Origin: Thermotogaceae bacterium
GTDB taxonomy: Bacteria > Thermotogota > Thermotogae > B21-G9 > HyVt-16
Length of the DNA stretch: 64,000 nt
Direction of reading: 5' to 3'
Assembly: GCA_029981435.1 (NCBI GenBank)
Contig: JARRBB010000004.1
Span: 166 to 64,165 of the forward strand
The position numbers and the translations under genes were made by a program. Shown one piece after another: positions 1-10,153 of this stretch (its first letter is position 1; each line of letters begins with the position of its first letter). The notes beneath the pieces were generated by a model. That model was not told where the DNA came from, did not search any database, and worked only from the letters and a program-made list of their open reading frames with translations.

Positions 1-853
1 CTTTTTCACCTATCGTTATAACTGTTCCACCATAACCTTCAAGCTCTTTAACCAATTTCATCTCTTCTTCATAACCTTCCTTAGTCAAATTAATCGTTAT
101 CAAACTCTTCTCATCCACTAAGGATTTTGGGCCATGCCTGTAATCAAGTGTTGGAAATGCTTCTGTATGTGATATTGTCATTTCCTGTAATTTCAATGAA
201 CTTTCCTTTGCTATACCGTAATACTCCCCAAATCCTAAGAAAACATAGTTATTATAATCTGTCAACCTCAACTTCTCAAATAATTCTTTCGATTGTTCTA
301 AAATATCCTGTGCTTTTTCTACAATTTCTTTTATCACTTCACTACTTTCACCGCTCACTTCCAATGCCAGCGCATTCAAAATCATCAATGTCGATGAAAA
401 GCTTCCTGTCATAACCACCGCTTCTTCATTAAGTGGAATGTGGATTTTTGAATCAGACAATTTTAAAAGTGAACTGTCTTTTTCACATGAAACACCAATT
501 ATATAACTATTATATTTTTTCTTTAGTACCTCTGCTGCTTTGACCGTTTCGGTTGACTCACCAGAACGTGATAGAACAAACGAAAGATACTTCCTTCCTT
601 CAATCAAAACAGCATCACTCGAATAAAGAACTTCAGAACCAACGATAGCTTTGCTTGGTTTCTTCAAAGTCCTCACAAAAAATCTCTCTGCTGCTTTTGC
701 CAAATGGTACGATGAACCACATCCCACAAAAAGGATCTCGTCATATTTAGAAAAATCAATACCCCTGAACAATGAGAGGATTTCATTTCTCAACTGGTAA
801 ATTTTTTGAATATTGTTTGATTCTTCAAAAACTTCTTTTTTAGTTATACTCAC
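1..853 (-). CDS. SIS-domain sugar-phosphate isomerase/deaminase (GlmS C-terminal/AgaS-like); 3' end runs off the window
   Basis: Not in the ORF track. Manual translation from GTG at 853 (RBS GAGGTG) gives MSITKKEVFEE..., with FVGCGSSYH, LSRSGESTET and KESSLKLQEMT...DYRHGPKS motifs. Confidence 0.85.
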   Translation of the reverse strand, partial: MSITKKEVFEESNNIQKIYQLRNEILSLFRGIDFSKYDEILFVGCGSSYHLAKAAERFFVRTLKKPSKAIVGSEVLYSSDAVLIEGRKYLSFVLSRSGESTETVKAAEVLKKKYNSYIIGVSCEKDSSLLKLSDSKIHIPLNEEAVVMTGSFSSTLMILNALALEVSGESSEVIKEIVEKAQDILEQSKELFEKLRLTDYNNYVFLGFGEYYGIAKESSLKLQEMTISHTEAFPTLDYRHGPKSLVDEKSLITINLTKEGYEEEMKLVKELEGYGGTVITIGEK

Positions 854-871
854 AGTATTTCACCTCGCATT

Positions 872-1657
872 CTAAGGTTTTGCAAAAATGAAATTAAGCC
901 CAGATTTTTCATATTTTTCAATTAGCTTTGGCGACACACTGGAATCTGTTATAACTGCTTTTATCTCCTTCAGACCACAGACATATCCTGGAAAAACTTT
1001 ACCGAATTTAGTATGATCAGCTAAAACGTATGTTTCCACACTTTTATTTACAAAAGCTCTTGCGACAGCAGCTTCTTCACAACTTGCCATAGAAAAACCA
1101 AATTTTTCCGATATTCCATCTATTCCCATAAAAAGTTTTGAAATGTTGTATTTTTCAAGAAATCCAACAGCTTCGTGCCCAATACACTCGTAAGATTTTT
1201 CTCTAACCTTTCCACCAATTATTATTAACTCTATATCCTGTTTTTCTGTTAGTTTCATCGCTACATTCAGCGAATTTGTAATAACTCTCAGATTTTTAAG
1301 ATTAGATTCTACTATTTTTTCAACAAGCGCAAAAGTAGTTGTTCCACCACTTATAGCAATAAAATCATTGTCCATTAAAAATTCAAATGCCTTATTTGCT
1401 ATTTCACGCTTTTCATCCTGTTGAGTTGAATATTTTTCAGCAAAAGAAAGTTCAACATTTGGCAGTTCCAAAATGGCGCCATTGTATGTGGCTCTAATGT
1501 ACCCTTTCTCTTCAAGATACTTTAAATCACGCCTTATTGTCATTCGTGAAACCTTGAAAATATCACATAATTCTGAAGTAGTGACAGCTGTTTTCTCTCT
1601 TATATAATCCAGAATTTTCTGTCGCCTTACTTCTGCTAACATATTTTTCATCTCCAA
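872..1657 (-). CDS. DeoR/GlpR family transcriptional regulator
   Basis: N-terminal HTH VSRMTIRRDLKYLE; C-terminal GGTT, ITNSL and LADHTKFG motifs. Confidence 0.93.
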   Translation of the reverse strand: MEMKNMLAEVRRQKILDYIREKTAVTTSELCDIFKVSRMTIRRDLKYLEEKGYIRATYNGAILELPNVELSFAEKYSTQQDEKREIANKAFEFLMDNDFIAISGGTTTFALVEKIVESNLKNLRVITNSLNVAMKLTEKQDIELIIIGGKVREKSYECIGHEAVGFLEKYNISKLFMGIDGISEKFGFSMASCEEAAVARAFVNKSVETYVLADHTKFGKVFPGYVCGLKEIKAVITDSSVSPKLIEKYEKSGLNFIFAKP

Positions 1658-2934
1658 ATATAATTAACTTTATTTTTCTCTTTGAATTCTTTCATATCTA
1701 TAAGTTTCCCGTTGTTTAAGCGGGACTCTTCTGCAGCAAAAGCCATAATGTGGCTTTCAAGTGATTCAATGGCCGAAGTACTTACCTTTGGATCTTCTTT
1801 TGAATATTTCAAAACAGATATTATGTACTTTATGAGTTCTTCATCTCCGCCACCATGACCATATTGATCCCATAATCTGACATTGTGAATTTCTTTGTCG
1901 AATGCAAACCGTTTAAGTTCCAAAGTGCCTTTTTCGAAATCACCAATTATTTCACCATGGGTGCCGAAAACCTTCAGAGTTCTGTTTATCTCATTTGTAA
2001 ATGCACTCATGGTAAATGAAGCACGAACACCATTTTCAAATTCTATGTTTGTTATCTGATGATCGACTACATTGTTATCACATTTATAAACACATCTTCC
2101 GTATGGTCCTGTCTTTAAAGCATGATAAACATTTTCAGGAGTAACCTCATCTACAATGGTGTTAACTGGCCATCCTTTGTAATTTGGAATAGTGTATATC
2201 TTCACAGCAGAATAAGGACATTCGCTTTCAATTGGGCAATCTAAACATCTGTCTGCTGCATTCTGGGGTTGATTCTCAGGTTTAAAATGTATCAATTCTC
2301 CAAATGATGTTAAATACTTTGCTTTTGAACCAACTAGCCAGTACAATATATCGAGGTCATGACAGCTTTTAGCCAAGATTGAAGGTGCTGCTTCGATTGT
2401 GTTACGCCAGTTACCTCTGACAAAACTATGAGCAAAGTGAAAGAAACCTATGTTTTCCTTGTGCTCTATACCAATCAATTTTCCTATTTTTCCCGAATTG
2501 ATAAGTTCACGTAGTTTTCTGAAGAATTTTGTGTATCTTAAAACATGTGCCACAAAAATTTTCTTACCTGTTTTTCTTTCAGCTTCAATGATCTTTAAGC
2601 AACCTTCTATATCGGTGGCCATCGGTTTTTCAAGAAGTAGATGGTAACCTTTTTCCAGTGCAATTACTGCAGGCTCTACATGCATCTTATCCATGGTAGA
2701 AATTATTGCAAGATCGGCAAATCTTTCTTTTGCTAAAAGTTGTTCCCAGCTTTCAAACTGATTTTCTTCGGGTATATTATGTATTTTCGAGATTCTCTCT
2801 CTCCTATATCGATTAGGTTCTGCAACCCCTACAATTTTGATCTTATCCTGGTAACGTAATATTAGATTTCCGTATGCATCGTAACCCCTACTTCCTGCCC
2901 CTAAAACCACAGCTTTGATTACGGCTTCTTTCAT
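1648..2934 (-). CDS. Gfo/Idh/MocA family NAD(P)-dependent oxidoreductase
   Basis: GAGSRG Rossmann motif, LLEKPM, KSCHDLD, GHGGGD. Confidence 0.9.
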   Translation of the reverse strand: MKEAVIKAVVLGAGSRGYDAYGNLILRYQDKIKIVGVAEPNRYRRERISKIHNIPEENQFESWEQLLAKERFADLAIISTMDKMHVEPAVIALEKGYHLLLEKPMATDIEGCLKIIEAERKTGKKIFVAHVLRYTKFFRKLRELINSGKIGKLIGIEHKENIGFFHFAHSFVRGNWRNTIEAAPSILAKSCHDLDILYWLVGSKAKYLTSFGELIHFKPENQPQNAADRCLDCPIESECPYSAVKIYTIPNYKGWPVNTIVDEVTPENVYHALKTGPYGRCVYKCDNNVVDHQITNIEFENGVRASFTMSAFTNEINRTLKVFGTHGEIIGDFEKGTLELKRFAFDKEIHNVRLWDQYGHGGGDEELIKYIISVLKYSKEDPKVSTSAIESLESHIMAFAAEESRLNNGKLIDMKEFKEKNKVNYIWR

Positions 2935-3045
2935 TCTATCCCCACCTCTTTTGATACAATATAACTAATTATAACTAAATATAGCACAAAAATTGTTATT
3001 TGTTGTTCAATTGTTATTATATCATCAAGAAGTTTTTTTTCAAAG

Positions 3046-3077
3046 AAAAAAGGTGTCCAAACAATTGGACACCTTTT
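3046..3077 (-). terminator. Intrinsic terminator after the tRNA pair
   Basis: AAAAGGTGTCCAA-ACAA-TTGGACACCTTTT hairpin with a T-run on the minus strand. Confidence 0.8.
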
Positions 3078-3089
3078 CGTAATTACTTA

Positions 3090-3175
3090 TGGTGCCGGAG
3101 GCGGGATTTGAACCCGCACGGGCAAAGCCCACATGATCCTGAGTCATGCGCGTCTGCCAATTCCGCCACCCCGGC
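3090..3175 (-). tRNA. tRNA-Leu(CAG)
   Basis: GCCGGGGTGGCGGAATTGGCAGACGCG...CATGA-CTCAGGA-TCATG, long variable arm, GGTTCAAATCC, encoded CCA. Confidence 0.96.
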
Positions 3176-3182
3176 TCAAACC

Positions 3183-3258
3183 TGGAGCGGCCAACGGGAT
3201 TCGAACCCGCGACCCTCAGCTTGGGAAGCTGATGCTCTACCAACTGAGCTATGGCCGC
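3183..3258 (-). tRNA. tRNA-Gly(CCC)
   Basis: GCGGCCATAGCTCAGTTGGTAGAGCA TCAGC-TTCCCAA-GCTGA ... GGTTCGAATCC ... TCCA, 76 nt. Confidence 0.97.
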
Positions 3259-3268
3259 AAGCATCTTG

Positions 3269-3297
3269 ATTATACCACAGCTTTTTTTAACACTCAA
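3269..3297 (-). promoter_or_regulatory. Sigma70-type promoter of the tRNA-Gly/tRNA-Leu operon
   Basis: TTGAGT-17 bp-TATAAT with TGn extension, about 10 nt upstream of tRNA-Gly. Confidence 0.7.
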
Positions 3298-3396
3298 TAT
3301 CCTTGATGAAAGTTCATTCAATTATATCAACATTTTCAAATACATGATATAATAAATTCGTGAAATTCATTACGAAAGCGGGAGGTGGAGTTTTAA

Positions 3397-4680
<1,284 letters not shown>

Positions 4681-4686
4681 TAAAAG

Positions 4687-5520
4687 ATGAGGGTAGAGAA
4701 ACGGTTAACCCTCATTGATAATAAAAGAGTCCTAGTAAGATCCTGGAGACTTGAGAGCCCCGGAAAACCGCGGGCTCTTCTTTTGATTGTTCATGGACTT
4801 GGTGAACATTCGGGAAGATATGAAAAATTCGCAAGAGATCTTCTAATTAAAAATGGTATCGATGTTTATTCTTTCGATCTTCCTGGTCATGGTGAAAGTC
4901 AAGGTTTGCGAGGTTACGTGTCAAAACTCGAAGATTTTTTCAAAATAATTCACGAACTTTCTAAAACTTTCAAATTCACGAAAAAGAAAGTAATATTTGG
5001 CCACAGTCTTGGTGGTTTGATAGCAACCAGATATGTTCAGGAATATCCCGAAGAATTCAATGGATTGATTCTATCGAGCCCAGCTCTTGCTTTCAACATT
5101 GACGAATCCATTAAAAATATACTTTCAATTTTGAAGTTTCTGAATCTCTTACTTCCATGGGTTACTACAAAAAACAGAATAAATCCAGATCTACTTTCAA
5201 GAAACAAAGAAGCTGTCAGAAAATATATAGAAGATCCTTTAGTTCATGATAGAATTTCAATCAGATTATTTTGTGAAATGGTGAAAAATTCAGAGTATGC
5301 GAAAAGAAAAATCGAAAATATCAAAATCCCAATTCTGTTGTTTGGTGGGACAGAAGATAAAATAGTTCCGTTTAATGGAGTTAAGTTATTATTCTCAAAA
5401 GCTTCCAACAGTCAGATAACTGAGTTTGAAGGAGGTTACCATGAACTATTTGAGGATCCTGAACACTACGGTCCTCTTTTGGAAACTCTCTCAAAATGGT
5501 TCGAAGAAAAAATAATATGA
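4687..5520 (+). CDS. Alpha/beta hydrolase, lysophospholipase/monoacylglycerol lipase family
   Basis: HGLGEHSGRY, DLPGHG, GHSLGG nucleophile elbow, Asp (EDKIV) and His (YHEL). Confidence 0.9.
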   Translation: MRVEKRLTLIDNKRVLVRSWRLESPGKPRALLLIVHGLGEHSGRYEKFARDLLIKNGIDVYSFDLPGHGESQGLRGYVSKLEDFFKIIHELSKTFKFTKKKVIFGHSLGGLIATRYVQEYPEEFNGLILSSPALAFNIDESIKNILSILKFLNLLLPWVTTKNRINPDLLSRNKEAVRKYIEDPLVHDRISIRLFCEMVKNSEYAKRKIENIKIPILLFGGTEDKIVPFNGVKLLFSKASNSQITEFEGGYHELFEDPEHYGPLLETLSKWFEEKII

Positions 5521-6309
5521 ATGGAGAGAAAATATATGAATGATTTAGAATACAGGCTTGAAATAGCTAAAAAAGCAGCTCTTATTGCAGGAAATTATGT
5601 TAAGAAATCTCAATTCAATATAAAGAGCATAGATCATAAAACTAATGTGTTTGATCTTGTTACGAACGTCGATAAAAAATCCCAGGAAATAATCATCTCG
5701 GAACTTAGCAAAACTTTTAAAGGCGAGAATTTTATAGGTGAAGAACAAAAACATTCTGATTTTGCTAAAACAGGTTGGTATATAGATCCAATAGATGGTA
5801 CTGTAAATTTTATACACGGTGTTCAGATATTTGGTATATCTATTGCCTATGTTGAAGATGGCGAACCTGTTGTTGGCGTGATTTATTTACCCGTTTTTGA
5901 TGAGCTGTACTGGGCAGAAAAAGGAAAAGGTACTTACTTGAATGGTTTAAAAATAAGTGTTTCAAGCAGAAATAATCTTCAGGAATGCCTTGTTGTTGCA
6001 TCTCATTCTAACAATTTTCAAGGAATTGAAGAATTCGATAGGCTGAAAAAACTCATAGGTAAAATTAGAAGAATCAGAATGTTTGGAAGTGCCTGTTATC
6101 ATGCCTGCATGATTGCAAGAGGTGCTGTAGATGCTTTCTGGTCTCATTATCTTAAACCTTGGGACGTAGCGGCAGGATATCTACTTGTTAAAGAAGCCGG
6201 TGGAGAAATTCTAAATTTAGAAGGTTCGAAGGGTGACATATTTCGCAATGATTTGCTTTTTACAAATGCTAAAATAAGCAAAGATATACTAAAACTTTTA
6301 AAGGAGTGA
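5521..6309 (+). CDS. suhB: Inositol monophosphatase family protein (SuhB-like)
   Basis: DLVTNVD, GEE, WYIDPIDGTVNF, PWDVAAG. Confidence 0.9.
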   Translation: MERKYMNDLEYRLEIAKKAALIAGNYVKKSQFNIKSIDHKTNVFDLVTNVDKKSQEIIISELSKTFKGENFIGEEQKHSDFAKTGWYIDPIDGTVNFIHGVQIFGISIAYVEDGEPVVGVIYLPVFDELYWAEKGKGTYLNGLKISVSSRNNLQECLVVASHSNNFQGIEEFDRLKKLIGKIRRIRMFGSACYHACMIARGAVDAFWSHYLKPWDVAAGYLLVKEAGGEILNLEGSKGDIFRNDLLFTNAKISKDILKLLKE

Positions 6310-6896
6310 AAAAATTGAAAGGTAGACTTGAAATAATAATCGGTCCAATGTATTCTGGCAAAACAGAAGAGCTTATAAGACGTATAATACGGAGACGCAT
6401 CGCCAAACAGGAAGGTCTGGTATTTAAACCAGTTATAGATACAAGAGACAAATCTTTAGTAAAGTCGAGAGCAGGGACGGTTATAGAAGCAATTCCTATT
6501 TCTCAGATATCTGACATTCTTAAATATATTGAAAAGGGAAAGGTAAATTTCATATCTATAGACGAGATTCAGTTTTTTTCAGAAACAATATATGATATCC
6601 TGGAAAATGTTTTGAATAAAAATATAGATGTTTTGAGCTCAGGACTCAACCTTGATTTCAAAGGTGAACCATTTAAAAGTGTGGAAGACCTGGTTATAAG
6701 GGCTGATGATATAACACTTCTAAAAGCGGTGTGTGTGGTTTGTGGAAAAGATGCAACACGGACACAGCGATTAGTTCTGAAAAATGGTAACTGGTTACCA
6801 GCTTCTAAAAGAGATGATGTGATACTTATAGATGGTTCAATAGAAAGTGTGAAATATGAACCGAGATGTAGAGATTGTTGGGAAATACTTGATTAA
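6306..6896 (+). CDS. tdk: Thymidine kinase
   Basis: GPMYSGKTEEL, IDEIQFF, Zn-binding CVVC...YEPRCRDC. Confidence 0.95.
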   Translation: MKKLKGRLEIIIGPMYSGKTEELIRRIIRRRIAKQEGLVFKPVIDTRDKSLVKSRAGTVIEAIPISQISDILKYIEKGKVNFISIDEIQFFSETIYDILENVLNKNIDVLSSGLNLDFKGEPFKSVEDLVIRADDITLLKAVCVVCGKDATRTQRLVLKNGNWLPASKRDDVILIDGSIESVKYEPRCRDCWEILD

Positions 6897-7548
6897 AAAT
6901 GTTATTACTTTAGGTTATAATTTAATAAATCAATTGTTCCCGAATACTTGTGTTTTGTGTGAGCAAAAAATTGATTTCAGACAAATATTGTGCCAAGATT
7001 GTAGAGAAAAAGTGTTTGGGGTTTTTCCTGTCATGTCTGTAAACAAAAAATTCAGGTTTCTTGATAAGCTATGGACTTTTACAAAATATGATGAAATAAG
7101 AGATGTTATAATAAATTACAAATTTACTCCAAGAATAAGGTTATCAAAAATACTCGCCGAAGCCCTGTATAAAGTATACCGGTCTTCTCCTGAACTCAAA
7201 AATATTCCTCATATAACTTTTGTACCCTCAACAAAAGTTTCAAAACTCCAGAGAGGTTTTGACCACATAGAAAAACTCACATATGAATTTTCAAAAGTTT
7301 CAAATACAGAACTTCTTAAATTTTTAAAAGCAATAAACAAAAAACCACAGATTGAACTAGACGGAAAAACACGAATTTCAAATGTCATTGGAAAATACAG
7401 AATAGCTGAAATAAAGACGATCCCTGAAAAAATAGTTCTGATAGATGACATTGTGACCACCGGTTCAACTATTGACGAATGTGCAAAAGTTCTGAAATCT
7501 ATTGGAATAAAAGAAGTTCATGGTCTCACGCTTGCATATAATTTTTGA
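6856..7548 (+). CDS. comF: ComF family protein (Zn finger + phosphoribosyltransferase); true start may be slightly downstream
   Basis: CVLC...CQDC, RGFDH, LIDDIVTTGSTIDEC. Confidence 0.88.
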   Translation: MNRDVEIVGKYLIKNVITLGYNLINQLFPNTCVLCEQKIDFRQILCQDCREKVFGVFPVMSVNKKFRFLDKLWTFTKYDEIRDVIINYKFTPRIRLSKILAEALYKVYRSSPELKNIPHITFVPSTKVSKLQRGFDHIEKLTYEFSKVSNTELLKFLKAINKKPQIELDGKTRISNVIGKYRIAEIKTIPEKIVLIDDIVTTGSTIDECAKVLKSIGIKEVHGLTLAYNF

Positions 7549-7558
7549 AAGGATACGA

Positions 7559-7876
7559 TTGAAATTGTTGTGGATAATTTTGATCATCGTTATAACTATT
7601 GGTTTCTTAGTTTATAAAGTCTCGGGTAATAACGAAATTTCCTCAGAAACTGAAGAACTGATTTTTTCTCCACATGCTCTTCAAAGAATTCAGGAGAGAA
7701 ATATTCCTGAAGACCTTGTAAAAAATATCATCAACGATAGAAACTCTGTGGTTAACTATAGATTTGGGAACAGATTTTCATTGACAAACGGTGAAATAAC
7801 CGTCGTTTTGAGTAGACACTTCGACAAACTTGTTGTTGTAACGGTCTACTGGAACAGGAAAAAAAGAAAGCAATAA
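7559..7876 (+). CDS. Membrane-anchored DUF4258-like small protein
   Basis: N-terminal hydrophobic helix, FSPHALQRIQERNI and VVVTVY motifs; TTG at 7559 follows an AAAGGA RBS (ORF track starts it at 7520). Confidence 0.6.
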   Translation: MKLLWIILIIVITIGFLVYKVSGNNEISSETEELIFSPHALQRIQERNIPEDLVKNIINDRNSVVNYRFGNRFSLTNGEITVVLSRHFDKLVVVTVYWNRKKRKQ

Positions 7877-7896
7877 AATTCCAAGGGGGTGTAAAA

Positions 7897-8376
7897 TTCA
7901 AATTCAAAGATCCCAATGGTTCGAAATATACGCTGGAGGAAGTAATTGAAAAAATACGAACCTTCTTCAAAGATAGCTGGCAAAATGAACTAATAATAGG
8001 GACAGATTCTCACGCTTACAATTCTTATACCGTATTTACCACTGCCATTGTTGCTCACCGCTTAGGTAAAGGAGCCACTTACTTCTACAAAACTTATATT
8101 TCTAAAGAATACTATGAATTACGTTCAAGAATTTTTAAAGAAGCTCAACTCAGTATAGATACTGCAAATCTTCTTTTAAAACAGCTTATCAATGAAGATT
8201 TTCAAAAAATTTCAAGAATTGAAATCCATGTTGACATAGGAGAAAAAGGCCCAACAAAAGAACTGATAAAGTCAATAACGGGTTTTATATCTGGTAACGG
8301 TTTTGATGTGAAAATAAAGCCAGATTCATATGCTGCGACAAAAGTTGCTGACAGGCATACACTTCATAAAAAATGA
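7897..8376 (+). CDS. Ribonuclease H-like YkuK (DUF458) family protein; no canonical start codon
   Basis: Open frame missed by the ORF track: ...IIGTDSH..VFTTAIVAHRLGKGATYFY..RIFKEAQLS..IEIHVDIGEKGPTKELI..IKPDSYAATKVADRHT, stop TGA 8374-8376. Confidence 0.85.
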   Translation, partial: FKFKDPNGSKYTLEEVIEKIRTFFKDSWQNELIIGTDSHAYNSYTVFTTAIVAHRLGKGATYFYKTYISKEYYELRSRIFKEAQLSIDTANLLLKQLINEDFQKISRIEIHVDIGEKGPTKELIKSITGFISGNGFDVKIKPDSYAATKVADRHTLHKK

Positions 8377-8382
8377 ATTTCT

Positions 8383-9237
8383 TTAAATATTCCCAAAGCC
8401 ACTCAATACAAATCCTCTTATGTAATATCTCTGCAAATATAAAAAAACAACTACCATTGGAATAACCTGATATACAAGAGCAGTTAATATCAAATGTTGT
8501 GTTTCTGTAGTGGAAAATGCAAGAGATAGTCTGGATATTCCTACAGGCAATGTCATAAGGTGCTGTGAAGATGTTGTAACAATCAAAGGCCAGAGAAATG
8601 AATTCCATTGGCCTATAAACGTTAATATTCCGAGAGTCGCCAAAGCTGGTTTTAAGAGTGGTAGAATTATTGAAATATATATTCTAAATTCGGAAGCACC
8701 GTCTATTCTTGCAGAATCTAAAAGTTCATCGGGTATCGTCATTATGAATTGTCTCATCAAGAATATTCCATATCCGCTGACAACGAAAGGCACTATCAAT
8801 GAAAGATAATTGTCAAGCCATCCAAAGAGTTTCATCAAGTAATAAACAGGTATCAAAAAGATGAAAACAGGAAACATCATGGTTGACAAGACAAACCTAA
8901 ACATTATTTTTCTACCTGGAAATCTAAGTTTCGCGAAGGAGTAACCTGAGAAGGAACTTGTGAAGACCACTATCAAAGTTACTGTTATTGCAACTATAAA
9001 ACTGTTTTTATAATACATCAAGAGTGGTATCCTCTTTAAAACTTCTAAATAGTTATTCCACTGAGGTTTCGCTGGTAACCATTTGGGGACATCTGAAAGT
9101 AATTCCTCGGGTGTCATGAGAGAAGCAGAGAATAGCCAGAAAAATGGCAATATCATCCAAAAAGCTCCGAAGACTATTATAGAGTATCTTATAAATTCAA
9201 GTAATATTCTTACCTTTGCTTTTTTGTTTTTATTCAT
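8383..9237 (-). CDS. Carbohydrate ABC transporter permease (MalG-type)
   Basis: EAA loop IPDELLDSARIDGAS; WNSFLWP. Confidence 0.93.
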   Translation of the reverse strand: MNKNKKAKVRILLEFIRYSIIVFGAFWMILPFFWLFSASLMTPEELLSDVPKWLPAKPQWNNYLEVLKRIPLLMYYKNSFIVAITVTLIVVFTSSFSGYSFAKLRFPGRKIMFRFVLSTMMFPVFIFLIPVYYLMKLFGWLDNYLSLIVPFVVSGYGIFLMRQFIMTIPDELLDSARIDGASEFRIYISIILPLLKPALATLGILTFIGQWNSFLWPLIVTTSSQHLMTLPVGISRLSLAFSTTETQHLILTALVYQVIPMVVVFLYLQRYYIRGFVLSGFGNI

Positions 9238-10126
9238 ATCCTTCTATACCTCCACGTCTAAATGTCCATAGAACCAACAAAGTTACCGAAAAAATGACAC
9301 AGAACAGTAAGAAAGCCCCAGCAGAAGCTCTGCCCATCCTTAAAGATTGAAAAGCTGTTTCATATACATACCAGGAAACAGTCATAACACTTTTGGCAGG
9401 CGCATTTCTTCCCATTATGAAAGGTAGATCAAAAACTTGCCAGGCACCTATCATCCCTGTCGCAGTTAGAAAAAGCAAAGTCGGTTTCAATAGAGGAACG
9501 GTTATATACCAGAATTGTTTGAAAGGACCGGCTCCATCTATTTTAGCAGCATCATAATAATCCTGAGGAATATTTCTCAATCCTGCTGTCAAGATCAACA
9601 TTGAACCACCGATTCCTGACCATATAGCGGTTAGCATTATTGAAAAAAGCGCTACATCTGGATCGGTTAACCAGTAAACTGGTTTGATTCCAAAGAGTTT
9701 CAAAAAGGAATTTAGTAAACCATTGTTTGGTCTATACAGATAACCCCAAATAGTACCAATCGCCACTTGAGGTGTAACAACAGGCGCAAAATAGATAAAA
9801 CGCCAAAGGACGGAGAATTTTGCACCATTTATAAGTACAGCGAATATCAAAGCAATGGTTAGTGAAACACTAACAGTTATCAGAGAATATGTTAAAGTAT
9901 TGAATAAGGCTCTCATGAACAATTCATTATTTAAAAGATACTCGTAGTGAGAGAAACCCACTACTCGGGCTCTTGATAATGGAACCAGCATATTCCATCT
10001 TCTTGTGGAAACAATAAAAGAAAATATAACGGGAAAACCAAAGAACAAAGAATAAAAAAGGACGGCAGGGAGCAAAAATATATACCCTGCCAATGTTCTT
10101 TTGTTTGGAGATTTGATCCTCATCAA
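9230..10126 (-). CDS. Carbohydrate ABC transporter permease (MalF-type)
   Basis: IPQDYYDAAKIDGAG..QFWYITVPLL. Confidence 0.93.
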   Translation of the reverse strand: MMRIKSPNKRTLAGYIFLLPAVLFYSLFFGFPVIFSFIVSTRRWNMLVPLSRARVVGFSHYEYLLNNELFMRALFNTLTYSLITVSVSLTIALIFAVLINGAKFSVLWRFIYFAPVVTPQVAIGTIWGYLYRPNNGLLNSFLKLFGIKPVYWLTDPDVALFSIMLTAIWSGIGGSMLILTAGLRNIPQDYYDAAKIDGAGPFKQFWYITVPLLKPTLLFLTATGMIGAWQVFDLPFIMGRNAPAKSVMTVSWYVYETAFQSLRMGRASAGAFLLFCVIFSVTLLVLWTFRRGGIEGYE

Positions 10127-10153
10127 TTTCTCTCCCTTGCAAAGACTTTAAAA

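Noticed and set aside
127..414. 95-aa plus-strand ORF
   Set aside because: Antisense to the SIS-domain gene that the track missed at the window edge
3000..3321. ORFs 3000..3269 and 3040..3321
   Set aside because: They overlap the two tRNA genes and are spurious translations
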